This document shows positions 10,429 through 23,670 of a DNA stretch of 64,000 nt, piece by piece. The notes beneath the pieces are model-generated. The model searched no databases. It was not told the DNA's origin and was given only the letters and a program-made list of their open reading frames with translations. This DNA is from Camelus dromedarius. Its lineage: Eukaryota. The stretch lies in contig NC_087436.1 in assembly GCF_036321535.1 (NCBI RefSeq), positions 43,650,001-43,714,000 on the forward strand. The letters are read 5' to 3'. The position numbers and the translations under genes were made by a program. Position 1 is the first letter of the stretch; each line of letters starts with the position of its first letter.

Positions 10429-12650
10429 CTAGCAAATCATTAACTGTTTCTGAACCTCATCTGTAAAATGGGATCACTGTAACCTATCCCATAATGATAG
10501 TGTGAGGTCAAACGAGACAGTGTGTGAGTACACATGCAGGTCCGTTGTTCATATATGGATGGTAAGTAGTCTAAGAAGAAAGGAACCCAGAAACAGCTGA
10601 TTGAAAGAGCTAGACTAACCAACCCACTCACTACAAAAGCAGCTAAATCAGGATTAGGTGGAAATGGTTTGGTAGACTCTAAAGGGAGGCTGTGTATCAA
10701 TGACAATGGAGTGCCTAGGAGAACAAAGTCTGTGTGAGAATTCAAGAGATGTAGCCACTGAGGGTATTGTTGCCTCTTGATTAGTTTCCATTTAGAACTG
10801 AAATACAATCTGTAGACCCAGGTAGGAAGCTAGAGCAGAGTCCAGCATTCTTAGTATAAAGAGAGGTTGGGAAATACTAGAGAGCAGAGGGAGTGCAAAA
10901 CAAAGGAGAAAGAAAAGACAAGTTATGCTGAGAAGCTGTACCCCAGAAATGCTTGCAACTGTCATTGCTTTAAGTTATTTTAATAATGTGGACATGGCCA
11001 AGGTTCCTCTGACTTACTCGTCAAGATTCCCCGGAACTCCTGAAGGTAGCTTCGGCAGGTGTAATGGGTTCTCCCTTAATGGGACTATGAAGTACTGAGT
11101 TAGACGGGTGAGAGTGGAGTCAGGAGACCAGTCAGAAGATACAGAGGAATATCTCAGTGGAAGAAAAGTCTGTGAATTCCGACAGAATGATTTCTTTGAG
11201 GGAAAACTTCCTGTTTGCCAGATGGTAAATCTAGTCAAAGTGCAAAATGAACGCTCAGGTTAGTGAACCCTCCATTCCGGAACCTCCCTGGAGTCTGACA
11301 GTGTTAACTCCCACAGGCAGACTCAAGTAGGGAAAAGCAGAGGTTCTTCATGGGGCCTGGATCTTAATGGCTGTATCCTAAATAAAGTGATAACTCACAT
11401 GAAATATGTTTTGAAAAGTTTCCAGGACAATTCATAAAGGTGAATGGAAACACCCCAGAGCCCCCAACAAAGACCTAAATAAAGCCCTAACAGTTAAACT
11501 TAGCAAAAAAGAGAAAGGTGCAAAATAAATACTGTTCACAGATCCAGAGAGAAATATCTGGTTCCTCTCCCTTGTGAGACTAATTCTACGTGCCTTTATT
11601 TACCTTTCTGGCCTAGCCACTTTATGCATTACAGTTTTGAACAGAGAGAGTGGCAAAATTTTCAAAATTTCTTAGCGGGCACCAGAAGCTTTGTTGAAAT
11701 ATCCCTTCTGAATAGCCTTCTATCTCTCTCTATCTTCTCACACTATGCCTCGTACCAACAGCAACGATTTCTAGCAATAATAATAAACTCATTTTTAAAG
11801 TTGTTTTAAAATTTGAGCAAGTGCTTTATCTACACATTTCATTTAAGACATAGAATCAAACTAATAAACAGTAAACTATTACTATTTCCACTTTACAGAT
11901 GAGAAGACTAAAGCCCAGCAAGGATAAACGGCACCAGCCAGAATTGAAGCAAGTGTCCAAACTCAGTCTCCAGACTCCAGATCTTGTTAACCCCATTGGG
12001 GTGATGCAAACAAAAGCATTTAAAATATTGAGGCACCACCCTCCTACGGGTGACCGCTGGTCAGACTGATCTTAAACTATAACCAAGATCTTTTATTAAA
12101 GTTTTCAGCTGCATGATTCTGCCTTGAGTCTTTCAAAAGAATCCTAACCAGTTATCTCATACTTTGTGCCTCTATAATCAGATTTCTGGGACCAGGGAAA
12201 ATTCCACTGCACTTAGTTATCTTTTGAATGCAGCAGACTACCACCTCCCAGGGGCAAAATTCCCTAATTATCAAAAATCTATAGATGAAAGAAACTATGT
12301 AAATTATCACTCCACTTTGTATGTTCTTGACATCCTCTTGATTTGATATACTTAGCTTCCTAGATAAAATTTCCGCGGTATTCAGCTACAAACTGTGTAC
12401 CTCAATACGTTTTGAGAACTGTAGCCCAGTGATTCTTTTTTTTCCTTAAATGAATTGAATATTCATCAAGTGTTCCAACACTGTTTCTAGGAAGTATTAC
12501 TTTATGCTAATCCAGATTAGTACTTTTTCCCATTAGTTGCAAGCTTAATTATCTCCTAATGAAATGTTGAATATGCATAGAATTAACTCTATCAAAGCAG
12601 TATTGAGCATTTATTCAAAACACTAAATTAGGGATGTCATAGTTCATTTC

Positions 12651-12667
12651 TGCCACTAGAGGGCACC
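12651..12667 (+). promoter_or_regulatory. Consensus CTCF binding motif
   Basis: TGCCACTAGAGGGCACC matches the CCACYAGRGGGCRC core, in non-repeat sequence. Confidence 0.6.
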
Positions 12668-12777
12668 AAAAGCTCAGACGCACAAGCATTTTAAAAATAC
12701 CATCGTTTTCAACTTGCTAAAAATTCAGTTTTGAAGTATTAAAAAAATAGAGTACAGGTTAGAATGTCAAAATATTT

Positions 12778-12817
12778 AGAAAATCTAACTCAAAAAAAAA
12801 AAAGAAAATCTAACTCA
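12778..12817 (+). mobile_element. Poly(A)-only retro-insertion with a perfect 15-bp TSD
   Basis: AGAAAATCTAACTCA-(A)n-AGAAAATCTAACTCA, preceded by TTT (L1 endonuclease-type site). Confidence 0.7.
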
Positions 12818-13472
12818 TAGCTTAATTTTATTCTCTTCCACAAAATATTTTTAAACTGATTCTTTAAAAACTGACACTAAATATTTGAAACTCTTACAAA
12901 AGTAAATAATCAGAATTATATTATCAAGCTTATTACAATTTTAAATTAGAAGTTATTCTGCTTAACCAAATAAATTACCTCACTTTACTTAGAGGGCAGA
13001 TTTGAGCTTAGTAATTTTCACCTTAGCTAACATATTTCCCTGCATTCTTTAATGTTCCAATGAAATTTATTCAATCAAAAGTCAAAACATTTTTTACTTC
13101 TTTTATTCCTAAGAAACAGAATAGCCCTTAGAGGTCTATATTCTCAGTCTTTCAATGCACTGATCAATTGGTGCAACTTGGATAAAGTCACACCTAAAAT
13201 GCTGGAACACTCCCTACCTTGGTGACACAACTATTTTACCTGAAATGTCCTTCCCCCAGGCCAGTAAACTCAAGGACCGGCTCAAATGTTGATCCATCTC
13301 TCTTTAACACTATGTCACCTGTAGAAAAATTAAACATTTCTTCCTCTGTGCTTCCCTATACTCCTACAACACTTGATGTTTTCAAAGTAATCAGACGAAG
13401 GAAATATTTCTTAAGAGCCTACTCTGTGCCGTGCACCAGAGGCTCAGTTTTTTCCTTCGAGGAGTTTATATA

Positions 13473-13952
13473 TCATGGGGTTCAGGTCACCTTGCCGTAC
13501 ATGTAGCATACATTGGCATAGTTAATATTTCAAGCTGAAAGGATTTGAGAAACGGCAGGGACAGGAACGGCTTTCTAACCTTCCTCTAAAGCAGATCATA
13601 AAGCCCTCCCTAAACCCAGAGGAAAGGAGCATCCCTATCTCCAAAAAGAAAGGGACACAGAGAAATCTGAAGGAGCAGGCCCTGCTGCTTTCCCCAGTTT
13701 ACTGCACTTACCTCACATCCCATCGTATCTTTCCAAAACTTTCCCCTCCTCATCAAATCTAGCATGAAAACACTCAGGTTGCACCATTTTGTTTCATTGG
13801 GTTTTCATTTCCCTATAAAGGCTCTGGTGTTTTATAAAACTTATATTAAATATATATGTGTGCTTTTTCTCTTGTTACTCTGTCTATTCTTACAGGGGTC
13901 ACAGTCCAGAACTAAAAAGAATAGAGAAAAAAAATGTTTTTTCTCCCTTACG
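13473..13952 (+). mobile_element. ERV1 solo LTR (MER34/MER39-like), copy 2
   Basis: TTGGCATAGTTAATATTTCAAGCTGAAAGGATTTGAGAAA, GGAAAGGAGCATCCCTATCTCC, ends TCTCCCTTACG. Confidence 0.8.
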
Positions 13953-15451
13953 ATAGGTAATGGAGTGACATGAGGAAAAAAATACAATTACATGCAAAAG
14001 TAGGTGTATAGTAATGGAAGAAGTAGAGGAAGATGAGTAAACATTAAATAGGAATTCATTACTGAAAGGAATATTTCCAAGCACTAATCCTTGCACTCAA
14101 ATTGGAAGAGAACTTTATTTTTATTCATTGAGAACCAATTCAGAACACTGTATCAAATACTATGAAGAAGCATATAAAAGGAATAAATGGCACAGTTTCT
14201 AACTCCAGGTATTTTAAGCATACTGAGTAAATAAAACATACACACCCACAACTTCAGAAATTACAAAAGCAATATACATTTAAATGTAACGTGTGTACTA
14301 GAAAGAAAATGCATACATGTTCAAGAAAAAAAGGAATAGTTTATAAAGAAGGTACACACAATAAACCCACCTAAAGTACTTGTGATTTCATATATCAGAA
14401 AATAAGAAGTCCCATTAAGTCTAGGGGAGAAAGCCCAGCTCTAAGAAAATGGAATATGAAAAATATTTTCCTGTCAACTCCACACAGAATGAACTGGAAT
14501 TGGAGTTGGTGGGGGTGAGGAACTAAGTCATCAGACTGTGATTTATGGCCTGGAAGGCAGTGGTCCAGGGACCTGGGTGGTGGGAGGTTCAGACGGACCT
14601 ACAATCTTGCCAAAGTTGTTTAACTTTCATATGTCAGTTTCTTCCATCAACAGGTGAGGCGTTCACATTAAATGAGCTCTAAGGATCCTTCCAGCCCCAC
14701 CATGCTATGATTTTTACGGCATCAGGTACTGGAATGGAGGGGTTAAATCTAAAACGCATGATAGTCAGGGAATCAATGGGAACTTAACACAAATTGGATA
14801 GGAAGAAGATGAAGGGAAAAAAGGAACAAAATACAGCATGGATGCAGAAGCACTTTGAAAAGCATGAAGTCCTCCACAACATATGGAGCTCTGATAATCA
14901 CTATTAATAAAATAGGATTCCAAGTCTGGATGACAGGGAAATGCTGGAGCGATACCACTGAAACCAACCAAAACCAGAGAAGTTGAGAATGAGAGAGAGG
15001 AAGGGGGCTTTCCTTTCACATGCTAATTTACTCACCCCCTACTTCTCTACAGTACTGAGACAGAATTTACCACCACGGAATAGACCAGGGGGAATTCTCT
15101 TATTTTTATGCAACTTCTTTTGTTCTTATTGTCTGATAACAATTCCTAGGAAAGTAAAGAAAAGAGGAATTCAAGTCTGGTCTTTAGAAAGATTTGCTGC
15201 CTTGTGAAGACTGTTCTGACAGTTTGGTAGATCTGATCCATGGTATTGTTTACTGAAAATCATAAATAGAAAAACTAATTTGGAAGGAATGATATTCAAA
15301 ACTGCTCAGAGAATAGAATATACTTAGGCTTGTACTTCAAATCCAAAATAAACTATAAATAGAAAAATAAATTCTATTTTTCTAACTTAATGTTAAAACT
15401 TGTATGTAACTCAGAATGACACAGCTAAAACACTGCATTTTTGGAAAGGTA

Positions 15452-15951
15452 TGACAGGGTTTATTATTAGGACACACTACATCACAATAGGGCACTTTGG
15501 CATTTTGAATATTTTAAGCTGAAGGAATCTGAGAAATAGCAGGTGCTGGAAGAACTTTCTGGCCTTCCCCTGAAGCAGGTCTTCAGTTCCTCAGGTGAGA
15601 GATGCCCTCCCTATACCCAGTGGAAAGGAGCATCCGTATCTCCAAAGAGAATGGGACACAGAGAAATCTGAATGCACAGGCTGTGCTATGTTTCCCCCAG
15701 TTTACTCCACTATTTCACACTCTTTGTCCCATCATATCTTCCCATGACCTTTGACTCTTCATCAACTGAGCATAAAAACATTGAAGCTTAACCTCTTCTT
15801 CAGATCTTTCTGTACAAGGGCTTCCATGTCATGTAACACTTGTATTACATAAATTTGTATGCTTTCTCCTATTTATCTGTCTTTGCCAGTCTAATTTGCA
15901 GACCCAGTCAGGGACCCTAAAAGGGTCAAGGAAAACTTCTCTTCTCCTACA
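15452..15951 (+). mobile_element. ERV1 solo LTR (MER34/MER39-like), copy 3
   Basis: TTGGCATTTTGAATATTTTAAGCTGAAGGAATCTGAGAAA, GGAAAGGAGCATCCGTATCTCCAAAG, ends CTCCTACA. Confidence 0.8.
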
Positions 15952-16885
15952 ATTAACAACACCAAATTATGAAGCCCCTTATATTCTGTCTTTTACCACA
16001 CACACCATATTTCAATCCACAGACTTTATTCCTGTGTTGTGATGAGATGGCTATTGATACAAAAATAAGATTCACCCTAAAATCTAGCAGGCAAAAATAT
16101 CAAAAAGTGTAAGATATTCATGCTTGAGAAATTCCATGACTTCCATTTTGAGGATAAATAACCTTTAAACAGTAGATTACATCTTAATTAAGCAATGAAC
16201 TGCTCAGAAGTAATCTACTACAAACTAACTCTGTAATTCCAAGTCCTCATCTAGAAACCAGAGATGACAGCAGATCCCATCCCACAGGATTGTTGTGAGA
16301 CTTCAATAAATTAATGCATGTAGAATGTTTGGACCCATGCCCAACACATGATGTGCCATCTACATAGATTCTCATGAATACTGTTAGTTCCTGATAAGAA
16401 ATATCACCGTCATTAAGTGGCCTCAGGAAAGTGCGCTTAACAGTCAACAAGGAAATTGTAATATGGGAATTGCAGGATGATGTAATCACAATCGGAAAAG
16501 ATGAAATGACAAGAAGTCAGGGGTTGACTTTACAATACTATAGCTACAAAAATAAAGGATAGGAGGAAAGAAAAAGGTAGGATTTAGATGAAGCAAGACC
16601 AAATGTTAATAACTGTTGAGTCAAGTGACAGTTATACCGAGGATTATTAAAATATTCTCTTTACTTCTCTGTAGGGTTGAAAACTTTTTTAATAAGACAA
16701 ATAATCTTAAAAATCAGAAAAGTATTAAGGAATGCACAACTCTTAAAACAACGATATAATTACTATTACTTATTGTTGAATCTATTGAGTGCTTAAAAGG
16801 TTATAATCAACTCAATAGTCGTTTCGTTTTTGCTGGTTTATTCTTCTTTGGATTTATTGACATTCGTAATCATGGCTTTTACTTT

Positions 16886-17034
16886 TTTTTTTTAATTAAA
16901 GTACAATTACAATGTGTCAATCTCTGGTGTACACCCCAATGTCCCAGTCATGCATATACATACATAAATTCATTTTCATTATTTTTTTCCATTAAAGCTT
17001 ATTACAAGATATTGAACATAGTTCCCTGTGCTAT
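16886..17034 (-). mobile_element. Short 5'-truncated lineage-specific L1 3' end
   Basis: T tract, TTACAATGTGTCAA..TTATTACAAGATATTGAACATAGTTCCCTGTGCTAT; perfect TSD TGGCTTTTACTTT at 16873-16885 and 17035-17047. Confidence 0.85.
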
Positions 17035-17960
17035 TGGCTTTTACTTTAAATCAGCTTCCTAAATAAATCAAAACGGAATTTCTTCAATATCAAGAGAAGC
17101 CAAGTTTCTGCTATCCTTTCCTCTTGGGTGGTCTGGCCATACATTGGAATTTAAGGTTTTTAGAAGGACATTGTGACACAATGCAGTGGGAGGTATTCTC
17201 TCCTGGGATCCAGGCCACATTCCTCCACCAACCAGCTGTGTGACTCACCTTTCAGAAGCCTGTTTACTCACTTTTAAAATGAAGGATGTGACCTTCATCT
17301 TTTAGGTTCTTCCTGGATCTAAAATATTCTAACTTCTGATTGCAAGAAGAGTGGTTTCCTCCGTCACTGATACACTACTTATCACCTGCATTTCATAGGC
17401 TGATTACAACTTGCTTTCTATAACTTCACAGTGAAAGGATATGGGAAAAAAAGGACTAGATTTGCCAACAAAAAGTAGCCTGTCTTTCTAGAGAATGAGA
17501 CAGGGATTTGTTGATTTTTCTCAGACAATTAGTGTAACTAAAACTCTACACATATATGTTTGGCCTGCTTTTCATTTTAAAAATTAGATACATGGGGGAA
17601 AAAACAGAAAAGCATACATCAAAATGTTAACAATTATCATTTGCAGGTTAATAAAATCAGGGATTTTTATTTTCTTCTTTTTGTTTGTTTTCTTATTTGT
17701 ATTTTTCCTCAACTAGAAGATATCACTATTTTAATTATTACATTCAAATGTTTTAAGATTCAGAAGTATCCTTCCTCTCCGACAATATAAGCTCCTATTC
17801 CCATAGGCAACAAATAATGTTAGTTTCTTAAGAAGCCTACAAAACATAGTCTCTCCAATTACAAGAAAAAACTTAGATGTTACTTTGTATTACGGAAAAA
17901 GTGTTTTAAAGAGATAAATAAACTATCAATGCTTGCTTTCTATTCTAGCTCTTTTACCAC

Positions 17961-18038
17961 TTTTTTTTCTTTTGGGGGGGGTGATGAGAAAAGCAATCAG
18001 GTTTATTTATTTATTATTATTATCTGTTTTATTGGAGA
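17961..18038 (-). mobile_element. 5'-truncated camelid SINE (tail only)
   Basis: TTTGGGGGGGG..AATCAGGTTTATTTATT..TGGAGATA without the A/B-box head; TSD TACCACTTT. Confidence 0.6.
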
Positions 18039-21000
18039 TACCACTTTCCTTTCTAGCAGTTTTCCTGAGCAGCTTTAGGGCAGGGACTCAGACACAGTGA
18101 GTACAGTGCTTGGGAAATAAGATGAAAAACTGAAACAGGCTTGTAAACCTGGGACCTAGTGAACTTCATAGAGTCTGCAGGTGATGGCCACAAAAGAGTA
18201 GCTATCTGAAGGGAAGTGTTTGTTTGTTTGTTTGTTTTGAGAGAAGCTAGAAATCCATACTTTTATATGAAGACTTTTAATCTCTGGAAACAAAAAGTTT
18301 TTGACAGAATGCAGCCCAAAAAACATATGCAACAAAAACCCAAGAACTCAACTCAGCCCACAAGTTGACAGCCACCTACACTTTTGATTTACCAAAAACT
18401 TTAGATAGCCGACAGAAATTTAGAACTGAAAAGAATTTTAGAAATCACCAAGCAAACCAAAAACGTTGTTTTATGGCAAAAAGGGAACTGGGGCCCAGAG
18501 AGAGGATACAGCTTCAGTGCAGGCAAATCAGTGCTGACTGCGGTTGAAATTACATGCCAGACAGAGGACGTGGATGTCCTCAAAGACTGTCCTCAAGCTG
18601 CTCACAGCAGCTTTTGGAAGAACCTGTGAACACTTGGAAATCAGTTTTATTAAGACCCATGCAATAAGAGAAGATTGTTCAGGGTACAGAAACAGAACAA
18701 AGAAGGATGCAGTCTACTCTCTGATGGTCAGTTGATGTCTGTCCTCCCAACCCTGTTTCTTCTGTCTCAAGCTCTTCCTGCTACACCAGGCTGCCTCCTG
18801 TTCCTAAAATCAACCCCAACCCCTCCCTCAAAGGAAATGTAGCAATATAAAATGTGCCATGCTTGCAAACATGGAGGAAAGCTCCCAGCCCTTAGAATGC
18901 CATGTGCCAGAATCAGGCAACCTGTGCAAGAGAAGAAACACTTGGGCTTTCATTTTAAAAGTATGGTGGTGGTGCTAACATCGCCCTGGGAATAAGAAAG
19001 CAGAGATCTAGTCCTAGCTAAGTCATTAACTAGTTCAAGGACTAGGCAAATACCTAAACTGATGAGGTTAGATTGGAAGGCAAGTTAACGAGCTGCCAGT
19101 TCCGTAATTCTAAGACTTTTTATGACAGACTTCATTGAAATTCAAAGAGGAAAGATATCTTTGTGGGCAGGAAACATCAGGGAAAACTTTGCAGAGGAAT
19201 TATGGATTAGATTAGGTCCCAAAGGATAAGAAGGATTAAGCAGCAGGGGAGGAGTGATAGAATTAGAAGGGGGGTGGTGGGAGCTGAAGGAAACAACTTT
19301 AGCAAAAATGTAGGGCCAGGAATGCATCCTGAGATAGGGGAAGGTAGGTGTGGAGGGAGCTTACACCAGATGGCAGAGATCTTATCTCTAAAGTAGGAAG
19401 TGAGGTCCATCTGCATAAGGAATCCCAAGGGAGTTGTTAAGGATTTAAGAAGTGGGGCAAATTTCTGGACCTTTTCTTGTGGGGGATGTGCTGAGGTCTC
19501 AAGAAGGGATGTTGCAACCAGCTCAGTGAAGACTGTGACATCTTAGGGAGTCACTTTTAGTATCAGTACAAAGAATAGGGGGAATGTGGTTTGGGGTACA
19601 CTCTGGTGTTTTAGCTATAATTCTTAGGATTTATTACCTGAGGATACATGATCACTGAAGCCAAGACTTCTTATGCACATGGCACAACCTGATCCCCACT
19701 CCGAGGAACCATGGTTTCTTTAGGAGACAGAAAATCAAGGGGGGAAAAAAATCAATCCTTTGTTCATTCATCAGTCCTCTACTGAGTTCTATAAAGGACA
19801 CTGTGAGGAACCTCACTCTGGTTCCTTGTCCTCATTTGATTACTAACATCATTCTCTGCCCCTTACCATCTGTCTCAACTCTACCAACCCTCCTTGAAAG
19901 GCATGAACAGGTGTGCGCAAAGTGAGCACTCCTTTCACATCTGGGACACAGCTGGGACAAAGATAAGCAAGAGAGATGCTTGCTCTTTGGGTCATGAAAT
20001 TTTGGGCAATAGGTGCCTCTTTTTTTATTCTAGGCCTGGCCTTGGAGAGTACACCAGTCTTTCCTTCCCCCTCTTTGAAGCAACACTCTCCTGGCTGCAC
20101 CTGTCTCTCTCCCACCACTGCCTCATTTCATAGCAACGCTGTTCTCAGTGACCTTGCAACAAGCCTGGTGCCTCACTTTCCTCAGGCCTCAGTTCCAGGT
20201 TCTTTTCTCTACCCACAGTCCCTTTCCTTCAGAGAGGACCTCATTGTTTCTCAAAGCCTCACCTGGGGGCTTCTCCTGGGCTCACAGATTTGGAGAAATC
20301 CCCAAGCCCACAGATACATACAATAGATACACATAATTTTATTACTGGTAAATAGGAATATTAGACAGCAAACAATAAGTCTCGTTGAAAGGCAGTGTGC
20401 TGCGATTCTCGTCTGCAGTTATAACTCATCCAGACCTAAATACTTGAAGTCTGAAGGGTAATTTGTCTAAACAAAGAAGTAAACATTTCCCACTTAGTGA
20501 GCTTCCGTCTGAAGGGCTTCTGTTTTCTTTTTGCCTTTCCTTGATATGCTCAACCACAAAAGCCTTAGAATGGGTCAGGGGGTCCTGGGGGCTTTCTATA
20601 CACACTGACTCCTCCTGTTAATTACTCTTCAGTTAACCTGAGATTTACCCCTTCAATATCTGCTCCCTTTCAGAAAAAGGGAATGTTCTTACAGATAAAA
20701 TAAAGCCTAATAATTCCACGCTCTACTGCATGAAAACAAACAGCTGCTTATTAACTATGGATCTGTTTAAATTTTTCTCATTCAAGGACACCAGGGTAAT
20801 CGAAAAAGTTTGGGGTTTGAGGCATCTTTCTTGAGTTTCCAATAAAAACTTACAGAAATGAGAAAATAATGTATTAGAAGGTGACTAGAGTCGAATAACA
20901 GTGTAAGGAACACCTTTTATGTTGTATGATGAATCTCAATGTCAAAAATTTGCTTCCTTATTATGCAGCACCATCCAGAACATCATGGTACAATCCTAGA

Positions 21001-21062
21001 AAATATTGCTGGGATCATTTTCAATCCACTGACTCTTTTCAGTAGCTGACCATCCAGCTCAC

Positions 21063-21227
21063 AAGCACTGCAGGGTTGGGGACAGCTGACTTTGGGAAAT
21101 TTTACAATAAACAGGCCACGTTTTCCCATACATTTTCAGAATGTAAAATTTTCTCCCAAATTTCAAAGTTTCTTTAGGTCCATAAGCAAATGCTTGCCAA
21201 TCTTTATCTATGGATCTAGTTTTAGAC
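21063..21227 (-). other. Candidate exon of the minus-strand host gene (3' end uncertain: 21063 or 20854)
   Basis: Acceptor gactttacatttag|GTCTAAAA; donors CTT|gtgagc (21063) or TCT|gtaagt (20854); repeat-poor surroundings. Confidence 0.4.
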
Positions 21228-23197
21228 CTAAATGTAAAGTCAACCAAGACACTTTCCCACCAGAAATTTGAAATCCTCACATGTACGTTACCAATGACAT
21301 CACTGGAGACTTTATAGATAGTGATAACTGCTGAAATGAGTGGGGGTCATAGAAGAACCGAATCAAGATGACTTAGAATAATGAAATCAGTCCAATATCT
21401 TTATTTTAAAGAACTATCTCTACTTTTAACTGTTATTTACTAAGCTGATTATCTGCAAATTCTTGTTTCCAATACTTCTAAGCATTTAAAAAGCGTGAGT
21501 GTCTTTCAAAATGTTCTCCAACCAAGTGGTTTTTAATTGCCTTGCTTCAGGGGACCATAAAGCACATATATGAGTATCCTGTATTCATCCATTCTCAGAA
21601 CACATGCAGGACAAAGTTATGTGTGAGAAACTTCAGGCCCAACAGTAACAGGAGTTAGAGGAAAGGAAGTAAGGTCAAACAGGAGTGTTTTTTCTGTGTA
21701 TGAAATCAACACACACTTATAGGTTAACCATAAGATGATACAGCCAACTAGAAAGGAAAAAAAAAAAGCATATTTAAGGAAAGAAGAATTTATCATTGTG
21801 AACTAATAACCCTCTCCAGGAATTAAGGACACTGAGTCACATACTTTCCTAAAAAAAAAATAGTATGTGCTTTAGATTTGTTACGAAGATGTTCTCTCTG
21901 TTTCCATAGAAGGTTCAGTTGTAGCAAGTCTGAATTAGAATTCCCACCACTTGGGGAATTTGAATTTTATTACTGACTTGTGCTGCCACATTTACTCTAT
22001 AAAACCCACAATAATCATTTTAACTTGCTATCTAACAATTATCATATGGGAAACATTTGTATAAAAGGCAAATTTGGAGGTTTAGCTCCAGATAAAAAAC
22101 TGTTTTGTGCCTCAGGTATCCCTAGTAAATCAGTATAGAAATTCAGGAACAAGAGAGTGTTCCAGAAGGGCTTTTAGTGTCCTACATCATACAATATTAA
22201 TCACTACATTTTCCTGATGTATTGAAAATATTGAATCACTAAGAGGATGCCTTACCAAAAAAGTGTATGTATGAAAATAGCTTTTACTATATCTCAATGG
22301 CTAATGCAGAACTCATTATATTCTAGGATAACACCCAGATCTTTTCATCGATTAAAAAAAAGTAAATTTACATAATGACATCTTTGGGAATCACTAAAAC
22401 AAAGAACTATTAACTTTCTAACTCGTTGTGCTAGGATTATCTTGATAACATTTAGATTTAGAAATACTTAGTCAATTTCTACCTTTTATCTCACAGTTAC
22501 TATTTCTCCCTTCCAACCCTAGGATATTGGAGGATTAGTATATCATTTAAAGTCTGTTGTTACTTCTGACCTATCACGCTCCACACTTCTTCCACTTTCT
22601 TTTAATACTCAATACTAAAAGCGCAGCTTAATTCCAATATGTAAAATCAGAAATTAGAGAACAACCATTAAAATAAATCACTTAAGAGCAAATTCAAATT
22701 GCTTAACTGTCAGCACTTAATATTAACTTTCAATCTGTAAAATAAATCTACTTGTAAATTTAGAGCTTTCAGGTAGAGCTTTGCTACCCTACCCCCTCTA
22801 CCCCAAGAGAAAAACCACCTTCCATCTCCCCAACAAAAGGTATTCACCTAACCAATTTGCCCATAAACCCCCATTTTCACATGCAAATATTCTTGTACTT
22901 TACCATTTAGCACATTTAAATGTGATTTTTCCATTTAAAGTCCAGTGGCTTTAGAGATCCCAGCCTGTGGTCTCTGGATTAAGATTTAGTTTCTAATTAT
23001 CATTTCCTTTTGGTGCTAATGTGTTTGTTCCTTATTAGTGCCACTCACTGGCCTGGATGTAAACCAGATTAAAAGACATTCCTTTGATTTTCCTGCTTTC
23101 AAAGATACAAAAGAATTTCTCACTTTGAAAATCCCCACAGAGTTTTGGGTGAAGAATGTATCACCTCAGGATGTTGATATCCTTCATTATAACTTAC

Positions 23198-23292
23198 ATT
23201 CTTAGGAATTCCTCAGTCTCAAAAGACCTGGTTACTGTTACTCCTTTCTTTTGGGAAAATCTGAGTCTGATACTGTTAATTGCACTTAATTC
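23198..23292 (-). other. Candidate 95-nt exon of the minus-strand host gene
   Basis: Acceptor ttatattacttcag|GAATTAAG, donor AAT|gtaagt; unique, repeat-poor context. Confidence 0.5.
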
Positions 23293-23535
23293 CTGAAGTA
23301 ATATAACACATGTTGAAATTCATTTTAGGGATTTTATAAATATGTGAACACAGTTATAGACCTAGCTATTGCTTAAAATTGGACATTTGAATACATTTGA
23401 AGTATTTACAGAGAAATAAGACCATGTCTTTTTTTGGTTATTTTGGATAGGAATACCTTTAATAACCTTCATCAGGTTTTCCCTGTTGTGCATAATTAAC
23501 ATTTAAATTAATAAATCATTTAAACCTATTTAAAT

Positions 23536-23670
23536 TTTTTTTTCGCTTTTTTTTGGCAGGAGGGAGGGAATTAGGTGTATTTATTCTTAGAAGAGGTACT
23601 GGGGATTGAGCCCAGGACCTCATGCATGCTAAAGCATGCGTTCTACTACTTGAGCTATACCCTCCTCTCT
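23536..23670 (-). mobile_element. Camelid tRNA-derived SINE
   Basis: GAGGTACTGGGGATTGAGCCCAGGACCTC..TTGAGCTATACCCTCC; TSD AAACCTATTT(T)AAATT. Confidence 0.9.

Noticed and set aside
9928..13952. LTR copies 1 and 2 (or 2 and 3) as the two ends of one provirus
   Set aside because: LTRs too dissimilar, no PBS or coding remnants between them, and older MIRs lie in the spacers
15360..15384. 10-bp perfect hairpin TAGAAAAATA-AATTC-TATTTTTCTA
   Set aside because: Short and AT-rich; expected by chance and too small for a miRNA precursor
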